From positions 1 through 64,000 of IMG/VR virus record IMGVR_UViG_3300048893_000079: a DNA stretch of 64,000 bases; one strand, written 5' to 3'. Source of the DNA: a virus (taxonomy: Duplodnaviria; Caudoviricetes). The position numbers and the translations under genes were made by a program. The first letter of the stretch is position 1. Each line of letters begins with the position of its first letter. Below are positions 9,398 to 16,350 of the stretch, piece after piece. The notes beneath the pieces are model-generated. The model ran no database searches. It was not told where the DNA came from and saw only the letters and a program-made list of their open reading frames with translations.

Positions 9398-9720
9398 TAG
9401 GGTCTCTCCGATATAGTTGCTTCGCCAATCTCGGCGTGAAAGATCGCCAATTGATCGGGGAAAAGATAGAAGGCGCGGTTGATTAGGATCGCAAACGTGC
9501 CCGCGTCGCACGCGATGCGATAGCAATGCATAACGTCGCGGTACGTCTTCGGACTAGGATCGCCGAGTGACGGCTTTGCGCGCCACACTCCTCGCGCGGC
9601 TGGCAACGCTGTGAAGCCCTCCGCATATTCAAGCGCGTCGTCTTCGAAGCACTTGCGCGCGATGTCATAGGACATGCCGGAATTTGACACGTCCGGCAAC
9701 GCAATCTCGAAAAGTTTCAT
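9397..9720 (-). CDS. hypothetical protein
   Basis: AAGGAG RBS before MKLFEIALP. Confidence 0.75.
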   Translation of the reverse strand: MKLFEIALPDVSNSGMSYDIARKCFEDDALEYAEGFTALPAARGVWRAKPSLGDPSPKTYRDVMHCYRIACDAGTFAILINRAFYLFPDQLAIFHAEIGEATISERP

Positions 9721-9768
9721 GGTCCACTCCTTCAACGTCGAAAGCCTCGCACAATTGTCCGCGCGATA

Positions 9769-9806
9769 CAACGCGTTCATGCGGCCTTGGTTAATATCCG
9801 CTTAAC
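9769..9806 (-). promoter_or_regulatory. perfect CtrA consensus TTAA-N7-TTAAC + N17 + TTG
   Basis: plus strand TTAAtatccgcTTAAC 9791-9806; CAA 9769-9771. Confidence 0.65.
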
Positions 9807-9974
9807 AGGCTGGCGCACCGGTCCTAGTTCAACCGCTTCAACGTAAGCAATCTCCTCCGCGCCGTCGCGCTTGTGCGCGTCCATGGCGCGCAACGTGTCA
9901 ACGCCCGTGGTCAAGCGTTCCAACGTCACGCGCGGAAAGCCATGACGGTCACGCGTTCTAACTAGCAAGTGCAT
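9777..9974 (-). CDS. early hypothetical protein, ends ...LTKAA
   Basis: AAGGA RBS. Confidence 0.65.
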   Translation of the reverse strand: MHLLVRTRDRHGFPRVTLERLTTGVDTLRAMDAHKRDGAEEIAYVEAVELGPVRQPVKRILTKAA

Positions 9975-9975
9975 G

Positions 9976-10215
9976 TCAGTGTCCTTTCATGAATGCGGCG
10001 AAGCCAACAAAGCTCGCCCACAAGCTCGGCGCTCTAGCGCGCTCCAGTGCGTCGCGCACGCGCTCAACGCGCACAAGCCACGCGGCGTTAGCGTCCGCGC
10101 AAATGCGGCACGGTTCACCCTCGCGCCCTATCTCCGCGCGGCAATCCATGCCAAGCACGGTTGCCTTTTCCGGCCATAGCAATTCGGCGACGCGCTCGGC
10201 GTAGTCTTTTGTCAT
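9976..10215 (-). CDS. early hypothetical protein
   Basis: ATGA overlap, AAGGAG RBS. Confidence 0.65.
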   Translation of the reverse strand: MTKDYAERVAELLWPEKATVLGMDCRAEIGREGEPCRICADANAAWLVRVERVRDALERARAPSLWASFVGFAAFMKGH

Positions 10216-10583
10216 GACGCTGGCACTCCTTCAAGCGGCGGAATTAAATGTTCGACTTGGCAAAAGCCCTCCGCACTATATTCGTGGTCCGCATGCCAGC
10301 CGTGCGCCGTTGCCAGTGCTTCGTACGCGGCTTTCCTTTCCGCGTGCTCTAACGCCGCACTTCCAAAGCAATGCCGCTCATAGCCGCGCGCCCGTTTCCT
10401 TCTGTGCAACGCGCCCGCCATTGCGTCGTACGCGCTCGGCGTCGCGTTTGTGACCTTGTGCGCTTCCTTCCCTAGCCTAAGCCAGTACGTGACGCGCTTC
10501 GTTCCGCTTTGCGCGTACTCGCATGGTCCTCCAAAGTTTTGCCACGCAAGCTTGCGCTCCAATGGCCGCGTTAGAATAGTCAC
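10212..10583 (-). CDS. early hypothetical protein
   Basis: GTGA overlap, AGGAG RBS. Confidence 0.65.
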   Translation of the reverse strand: MTILTRPLERKLAWQNFGGPCEYAQSGTKRVTYWLRLGKEAHKVTNATPSAYDAMAGALHRRKRARGYERHCFGSAALEHAERKAAYEALATAHGWHADHEYSAEGFCQVEHLIPPLEGVPAS

Positions 10584-10885
10584 GCTGCGCTCCTGTAATT
10601 CTTTGCCGCTTGCACCGCGTAGTCACGCGTCACAACGCGAAAGCGCGCGTCCGCGACAAGACCGTCAATGAACGTGCCGTCCCATAGCCGCGTCACGCGT
10701 CCGTCTTCGTCGCGATAGACTGCTACCTCGCCGTGCAAGCCATTGTCCGCCATGGCATAGGCGCGCAACGGAAGCGCGGCGTACGTGAAAGAGTAGCGCG
10801 CGGCGTGCTCCTCGAAAATCCTATGCATGCGCGCGTTATAGCGTTGCGCGCTTGTCATGGTCCTCCAGCCGGGATATTTACTCAT
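10580..10885 (-). CDS. early hypothetical protein, ends ...YRSAA
   Basis: AAGGAG RBS. Confidence 0.7.
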   Translation of the reverse strand: MSKYPGWRTMTSAQRYNARMHRIFEEHAARYSFTYAALPLRAYAMADNGLHGEVAVYRDEDGRVTRLWDGTFIDGLVADARFRVVTRDYAVQAAKNYRSAA

Positions 10886-11093
10886 TGTCCGTGCTCCTTT
10901 CCCTGCGCTTCAACGTGCTCGCGCGCCGTAGTCCGCGCGTCGCGATATCGCGTATTGCCTTGTCAGTGTATATGCCCGCGTACTCGCGAATTTCACGAAG
11001 CGCGGCGCGTTGCCGTTTCACGTCCCTCAACGCTAGGTTAGCGTCGCGCATTCCCATGCGCGCGGCCATTGTCAAAAATCCAAGCGCGCTCAT
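10878..11093 (-). CDS. early hypothetical protein
   Basis: AAGGAG RBS before MSALGFL. Confidence 0.6.
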   Translation of the reverse strand: MSALGFLTMAARMGMRDANLALRDVKRQRAALREIREYAGIYTDKAIRDIATRGLRRASTLKRRERSTDNE

Positions 11094-11095
11094 TG

Positions 11096-11320
11096 CTAGT
11101 GCTCCTTCGCAAGCTCGCGAGCACGGCGCGAGCGGGCAATCCAAGCGGCGACTTGCGCCGCGTTAAAGCTCCGCTCACGGGCGCACGCTTCGGCGTGGTC
11201 CGCGTAGTGCTCCAGTGCGGCGCGCGTCAACGCGTTATCGTTTTGCGTTTGCGCAATACTGGCCAGTGCTCGCGCGTAATACGGCGCGCGCTCCGCTTCG
11301 CTAAACCGTCCGGCTGGCAT
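11096..11320 (-). CDS. early hypothetical protein
   Basis: AAGGAG RBS nearby. Confidence 0.6.
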   Translation of the reverse strand: MPAGRFSEAERAPYYARALASIAQTQNDNALTRAALEHYADHAEACARERSFNAAQVAAWIARSRRARELAKEH

Positions 11321-11323
11321 GGT

Positions 11324-11599
11324 TCATACTCCTTTGATGTCTAAGTGCAACCCAAGGCGCGCGGCCTCCGCCAGTGCAAGCGCCACAACGCGCGCCGCTC
11401 CGTCAAGCTCGGCTGGCGGAATGGCATACGCGCCGCTTTCCGTAATGACCGGCGCAAGCCGGAAAATCGCGCGCCCGTTTAGCGTGACCGTGCGTCCGGG
11501 CTCAACGGCGAATTCCTCGCGCTTCAACGCTTGGCCGCGCGAGCACGCGGCGCGATGATTAGGGAGCACGTTACCGCACTCAACGCAAAATCCTAGCAT
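11324..11599 (-). CDS. early hypothetical protein with N-terminal CxxC
   Basis: FCVECGNVLPNHRAACS. Confidence 0.6.
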   Translation of the reverse strand: MLGFCVECGNVLPNHRAACSRGQALKREEFAVEPGRTVTLNGRAIFRLAPVITESGAYAIPPAELDGAARVVALALAEAARLGLHLDIKGV

Positions 11600-11784
11600 G
11601 ACGCGCGCTCCGTTTCTAACGCACTCAACGCCGCGTCAATTTCTTGTATCGCGAATGCGTCCGCTAGGTACGCTTCCGAATTCACCGCGCGGGCTTGTCG
11701 CGCTTCGGCGTTGCGCTTGCGGCGCTCAAGCTCGGCGCGCGGCATGGCCGCGAATTCCCATTGCGTCAACGCGTGCGAAGTCAT
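11593..11784 (-). CDS. early hypothetical protein
   Basis: GGAGGAG RBS before MTSHAL. Confidence 0.6.
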   Translation of the reverse strand: MTSHALTQWEFAAMPRAELERRKRNAEARQARAVNSEAYLADAFAIQEIDAALSALETERASC

Positions 11785-12383
11785 GCGAAAGTCTCCTCCA
11801 GTGTGAATTGAGCGGGCTTGCACACTGCTAGGTGAAGCTCGCTAATCTCCTCCGCCGTCATTTTGTAGACGCGCGCAACGTCATTGCACCACGCGTCCCA
11901 ATAGTACGCGGCTTTGCCTTCGGTCTCTGATACGTACGCGTCAATTTTGCGAAGCCATGCCTTGCCCGTCTTCGATTTTCCGCCGTCACTACGGAAGGCG
12001 CGCGGGTTGCGGCCTTCGCGCTTTATGTTCCGGGTATCTAAGCACGCAACGTCAAAGCCTAGCATTTGACAAACGAAAGCGGCTTTAACAACGCCTAAGC
12101 CCGGAATTGCCGTCAATGCTAGGATAGCCGCACGCGGGCATTTTTCACGCGTCACAACGTCAAACAATTCCGCCGCGTGCGTTTCAATGTATGCAATCGC
12201 GTCAACCTTATGACCGAAGACGCACGGCGCGCTTGTGCCGTGGCGCTCTATCAATTCGACTTGCTCAGGGACTAGCGTCACGGGTTGCCGTATGCTGGCA
12301 ATGACAAAATAAAGCCCGCGCTTAAAGCCCGCAACGTCCGCGCGCATGGTCGCATTTATTTTCGGAACGTGCTCCGCGTACAT
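11781..12383 (-). CDS. HhH-GPD superfamily DNA glycosylase/lyase-like protein (Ogg/Nth-like)
   Basis: LTAIPGLGVVKAAF...VACLDTRN: HhH hairpin with Lys, then Asp 16 residues later. Confidence 0.65.
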   Translation of the reverse strand: MYAEHVPKINATMRADVAGFKRGLYFVIASIRQPVTLVPEQVELIERHGTSAPCVFGHKVDAIAYIETHAAELFDVVTREKCPRAAILALTAIPGLGVVKAAFVCQMLGFDVACLDTRNIKREGRNPRAFRSDGGKSKTGKAWLRKIDAYVSETEGKAAYYWDAWCNDVARVYKMTAEEISELHLAVCKPAQFTLEETFA

Positions 12384-12613
12384 TAGGCCGCCTCCGCTTT
12401 CAGTGCGCCCGCGTAACGCTTGCGCGCGTCCGCCAGTGTGGCGAAGCTTTCCCAAAAGACGCGCGCCCGCGTCGCCGTGACCGTGGCGCGTACGTGGTAA
12501 GCGCCGTGCTCGCGCCACAAGCGCGCCGTGCGCCCGTACCCGTCTTTTGTCTCAACATAGCCGCACGCTAGTCCGTACGCCGTCACGCGTCCGCGTTTGT
12601 CCGTCAATGTCAT
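12383..12613 (-). CDS. early hypothetical protein, ends ...KAEAA
   Basis: GGAG RBS, overlap. Confidence 0.7.
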   Translation of the reverse strand: MTLTDKRGRVTAYGLACGYVETKDGYGRTARLWREHGAYHVRATVTATRARVFWESFATLADARKRYAGALKAEAA

Positions 12614-12738
12614 GGCAAAATCTCCGCCCAAAGTTTCACCGCAAGCGCCTTGCACTTGTCGCGCGTCGCGCCGTTCGGAAGCATGCGCGCGGACCATACA
12701 AGCACGCCGCAAATAAAAGCCAATTCGCCGCGCGTCAT
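12610..12738 (-). CDS. small hypothetical protein (42 aa)
   Basis: GGAGG RBS, ATGA overlap. Confidence 0.55.
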   Translation of the reverse strand: MTRGELAFICGVLVWSARMLPNGATRDKCKALAVKLWAEILP

Positions 12739-13169
12739 GTTAGCCCCTCCAGTGCGTCGCGTACAAACGCGACTTGATCCAATGGGAAAGCGCCGAAGCG
12801 CGCGAAGTGCTCCGCTTGTCCGTTGACTTCGGCGTCTAGCAGCGCAAGCCATGCGCGCGGCGCGTTAGGATAGGCCGCAAGCACGGCGCGGGCTTGTGCG
12901 TCCGCCGTCGCGCGCTCGCCGGTCAAGTCGAAAGCGTGGCCGCCTTTCACGTGCTCGGCGTCATGCCATGCGCGGAACGCGAAGTTTACCCGCGCGTCGC
13001 CGTATATGGTCCGCGCGCTTTCGCCGCTCCAAACAATGAGACCGGCGCTAGGCCGCTCGGCGTCGCACGCGCGAAGCTCCGCCAGTGTAGACGGCGCGAA
13101 GGCGCGCGCTTCGTGGCGCGGCGCAAGCTCCAAAATCACGCGATTAAATTCCGGGATTAGCGCGCGCAT
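12735..13169 (-). CDS. conserved phage early protein with NxxFRAWHDxxH...GE...E..GQ motif (possible metal site)
   Basis: motif recalled from phage hypothetical proteins. Confidence 0.75.
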   Translation of the reverse strand: MRALIPEFNRVILELAPRHEARAFAPSTLAELRACDAERPSAGLIVWSGESARTIYGDARVNFAFRAWHDAEHVKGGHAFDLTGERATADAQARAVLAAYPNAPRAWLALLDAEVNGQAEHFARFGAFPLDQVAFVRDALEGLT

Positions 13170-13171
13170 GA

Positions 13172-13477
13172 TTAGGCGGCCTTTGCAATCGGAAAGCTCA
13201 ACCCGTCAACAAAACGATAGGTTAGCCCGTCCGTCACGGCGTACCATTTGCGCGCCTTCTGATAGACCGAAAAGCCTAGCGCGAATTGGCGCGCGGCTTG
13301 GTTCATTTTCTTCTTAGTTGTGGCGGACGCGTACCCGCCAGAATTCAACGTGACCGTATTGTCGCTAAACTCAACAATGACCGTGGCCGCGTACGTAACG
13401 CGCGTTACGCCGTCCGCGTCACGCGTGACGGTTGTGCGATAGCCGGAAAGCTTGTTCGGATCATTACGGCGCGTCAT
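13172..13477 (-). CDS. conserved phage early protein (LNSGGY.S.TTK..MNQ), ends ...IAKAA
   Basis: AAAGGAG RBS; motif recalled from phage early regions. Confidence 0.8.
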   Translation of the reverse strand: MTRRNDPNKLSGYRTTVTRDADGVTRVTYAATVIVEFSDNTVTLNSGGYASATTKKKMNQAARQFALGFSVYQKARKWYAVTDGLTYRFVDGLSFPIAKAA

Positions 13478-13500
13478 GTCAAAATCTCCTTTTGTCTCAA

Positions 13501-13538
13501 CCCGCACTATCGCGGGCAATGTCTTAACAATTCGTAAA
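13501..13538 (-). promoter_or_regulatory. candidate CtrA-dependent promoter (TTTA-N7-TTAA, then 5-bp inverted repeat around GATAGT)
   Basis: plus TTAAcaattcgTAAA 13524-13538; 47 nt from ATG. Confidence 0.6.
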
Positions 13539-13585
13539 TTTTACGCGCGCCACAACGCATGGCAGCTATGCGGCGCGCGCATGGC

Positions 13586-13993
13586 TTAATGATCGTGGCC
13601 GGGCTCCTCGCCGCTTTCGCAAAGCACGCAAGTCGGATCAAAGCCGGGCGCACTGGCGCGCAACCCTTGCGCCACGGTATCGCGCGCCGGTCCGTCCGGG
13701 ATATTCACGCGAAAATAGTCCGGCTTGCCCGATATAGCTTCCACAAGCGGCGCGGGCTCAACCATTGCCGTCGCAAGGCGCTCAATCTCAGAATAGCCGC
13801 GCGTCGCGATTAGAAAGGCCGCCACGCGTTCCAAGTGCGCGGCGTCCGTATCGTGCCCGGTCTCGCGCAACGCCGTCACCGCGCCTAAAATGAACTCCAG
13901 CCCGGCCTTGTCGCGCGCCTTGCCTTTCATGCCTTGCGCCTTCGCACGGTCCACAAATAAAAGACAGATTGCCTTGTTGATTGTTGCACTCAT
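13586..13993 (-). CDS. early hypothetical protein
   Basis: AGGAG RBS; C-terminal CxxC...H.H. Confidence 0.7.
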   Translation of the reverse strand: MSATINKAICLLFVDRAKAQGMKGKARDKAGLEFILGAVTALRETGHDTDAAHLERVAAFLIATRGYSEIERLATAMVEPAPLVEAISGKPDYFRVNIPDGPARDTVAQGLRASAPGFDPTCVLCESGEEPGHDH

Positions 13994-14006
13994 TGCTTTC
14001 ACTCCT

Positions 14007-15299
14007 TTAGGCGGCCTTCGCCGCGTTGACCGGCGCAAGCTTGCACCGGGTTAGTTGCGTTTCCTTCGTTCCCTTATATTCGCGATGCGCCTTAACAGTG
14101 CCCGTTACTAGCACGGCGTCACCGGCCTTAAAATCCGCCGCGCCGTTGCCTGAGCAAAACCAAGAAAACAGGCAACCGTCCGCGCGGCGCATTTTGAGCA
14201 AGTATGACGCGCCGAAGTCACTTTCTACTAGCGTCTTAAATTCAATCGTGACCGGGATGTCGCGAAGACGTTCCTTTTCCGCGCCAACAAACACGGACGC
14301 CGCGTTAGCCGCGCGCTTCATGTTTAGTTCCGCTTCGCGCGACGTTGCACGGAGATAGGCTTGCACGCTTGACGCGGCAATTCCAAAAGTGCGCCCGTCA
14401 ATGACTTCATGACGCAAGCTCGCGACTAGATTGAATTCGTAATCCGAATGCGTTTCCTGGGTTGCGAGCGGACCGCGTACCCAGTCTAAAGCTTCGCGCG
14501 CCGTCTTCTTGTCCGCTTCGCTAGGCTCATATCTGGCGCGCGCCTTCGCGCCGGTCTCGCCGCGTGCGAAGCAATCGCCGACAAATGACGCCGTTGCCGT
14601 CTTTCCGAATTGCTCCGCCTTCGCGCGGCTAGTCCAGCCGTCAACGCGAATGCATGCGGCTGTATATTCCAACATGCTAACAGTGTCGAAAGTCGGGTAA
14701 GCGTGGCCGCCTCCGATAAAGTCGCCGAATTCCTTTCCAATGACTGAGACCGCGACAAACGCCGCAAGCAATCGCGCCGGATCATGGCCTAGAAAGTCGC
14801 GCACGCAAGTGCGGCCTATTTGCTTCCACTCTCCGCGCTCGGCGTTGTGGCATACAAAAACGTCTTTCCGCATGCGCGCCGCGTTGCAATGCTCGCATTC
14901 CGTGCCCGTGGTACGGAAGCGCGCGGGCAATTCTACACCGGGCACGGCTTTAACAATCCGCTCGCCGGTCTCAGTCACGATAAGACGCGCGGCCAATTGC
15001 CAGCCCGCAAGCTTAGGCGCCGCGCCGTCAATGCGCGCGAAGTGACAAGGGACTAGCCGCGACTTGCGCGCGTCATACTTGCGCCCGTCCGCGTCAAAGC
15101 TTTCCACGTACCAAACGTGCTCATGCAAGCCCGTTGCGACCATGACAAGCGCCGGACTAGCGCAACCCTCCAAACGCTTCGCCGCGCGCTTCGCAAGCTT
15201 CGCGAAAACGGCGCGCGCCTCTTCTAGTCTTTCGTCCGGGATAACGTACAAGCCCGCCTCGCGCGCCGCGTCTTCCGTCATGGTCTCTAGTCCAGTCAT
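14007..15299 (-). CDS. large early protein: CxxC Zn-binding region plus probable C-terminal OB fold; ends ...VNAAKAA
   Basis: CEHC...GRTC; C-terminal ...VLVTGTVKAHREYKGTKETQLTRCK typical of OB folds. Confidence 0.75.
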   Translation of the reverse strand: MTGLETMTEDAAREAGLYVIPDERLEEARAVFAKLAKRAAKRLEGCASPALVMVATGLHEHVWYVESFDADGRKYDARKSRLVPCHFARIDGAAPKLAGWQLAARLIVTETGERIVKAVPGVELPARFRTTGTECEHCNAARMRKDVFVCHNAERGEWKQIGRTCVRDFLGHDPARLLAAFVAVSVIGKEFGDFIGGGHAYPTFDTVSMLEYTAACIRVDGWTSRAKAEQFGKTATASFVGDCFARGETGAKARARYEPSEADKKTAREALDWVRGPLATQETHSDYEFNLVASLRHEVIDGRTFGIAASSVQAYLRATSREAELNMKRAANAASVFVGAEKERLRDIPVTIEFKTLVESDFGASYLLKMRRADGCLFSWFCSGNGAADFKAGDAVLVTGTVKAHREYKGTKETQLTRCKLAPVNAAKAA

Positions 15300-15364
15300 T
15301 GCCTTCACTCCGTCTAAAACCATTCAAAGCCGCGAAGCATTGCGCCGCGCGGCCTTGCCTTGTC

Positions 15365-15646
15365 TTAGCAACCGTACGGCATAGGCCGCTCGCATTCCGC
15401 GCGGATTGCTTCGTTACGTTCCGCCGTCACTTCCAAGCGGCGCGACAAGCGGCGAAGCATTGCGGGCGCGTCCGTCACGCGATGCGAAAACAAAAGCGCG
15501 CCGTGCAAGTCGAAACACTTCCAAGCCGGACCGGTCTCATACGTCCGGCGACGTTGGAAAGTCGCGACGGGATGTCCGTCACGCGTTGCCGTTGCGTATT
15601 GCGTGGCGCTATCAATGTGAAGCTCTAAACCGCGTTCCGTAGTCAT
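15365..15646 (-). CDS. early hypothetical protein
   Basis: AAAGGAG RBS. Confidence 0.7.
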   Translation of the reverse strand: MTTERGLELHIDSATQYATATRDGHPVATFQRRRTYETGPAWKCFDLHGALLFSHRVTDAPAMLRRLSRRLEVTAERNEAIRAECERPMPYGC

Positions 15647-15687
15647 TTCAAAAACTCCTTTTCGGTTGAGTGGAAAAATCCGCGCGA

Positions 15688-15879
15688 CTAGATGTCATTC
15701 GCCACGCGGACGCCGCGACAATAGTCCGCCGCGTTCAAGCGCGCCGCTTCGCGCACTAGTGACGGCGTTGCGTTTTCGATTTTCGCGATGCGCTCGGCGA
15801 CGGATTGCGAAGCGTTGCGGCGAAGTGCGGCGCGGACCGTCGCGCGATATTCCGGCGAAAGTGCGAGGGGCTTGGTCAT
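15688..15879 (-). CDS. first early gene, hypothetical
   Basis: AAAGGAG RBS; leader nearly identical to that at 13478-13495. Confidence 0.7.
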   Translation of the reverse strand: MTKPLALSPEYRATVRAALRRNASQSVAERIAKIENATPSLVREAARLNAADYCRGVRVANDI

Positions 15880-15902
15880 GTCAAAAACTCCTTTTTGTGA
15901 GC

Positions 15903-15938
15903 CGTCAGTCTGACGCCCAAGTCTTAACAAAACACTAA
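15903..15938 (-). promoter_or_regulatory. candidate CtrA-dependent promoter (TTAG-N7-TTAA, then 6-bp inverted repeat)
   Basis: plus TTAAcaaaacaCTAA 15924-15938; 45 nt from ATG. Confidence 0.6.
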
Positions 15939-16008
15939 TTTGCGCCCGATTGCCAGCCCCGCGCCGGTCTTTTTCGCCGCGCTAGTCGGAACTTCGCACT
16001 AGCCGCTT

Positions 16009-16082
16009 TGAGACTTACAGGGAACTCCTTTATCTGTAAGGAAGCTCCGCCCAAAATGTGAGACTTACAGGGAACTCCTTTA
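16009..16082 (+). repeat. 24-bp direct repeat TGAGACTTACAGGGAACTCCTTTA x2
   Basis: 16009-16032 and 16059-16082; CTTACAG/CTGTAAG inverted pair 16014-16040. Confidence 0.9.
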
Positions 16083-16350
16083 GAGATATCGCGAAAGATA
16101 ACTGAAAGTTATATGCGGCGTGCGCGCTTCGCGCTCCGCCTTGTCATGAGAGATTGAAAGACAGGGAAAGGCAACGCCGGACGCGGCGAGCAATGCCCGG
16201 CCATGGCTTGGCGAAGGCATACAGGCGCACGGCGCTCCGCACTGGTAGCAGGGAACGGCGCGCACGGCTTAGGCCGCTCGGCGTGCCGCGCTAGGGCTTT
16301 ACGTCGCCAAGAAAGCACGCCTAGACCGCAACCAATGGGACAGAGACCGC

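Noticed and set aside
756-9806. TTG(C/T)A of the N17 module as a sigma54 -12 element
   Set aside because: The best case (4065) gives GG-N9-GC rather than GG-N10-GC, and the other two copies do not fit.
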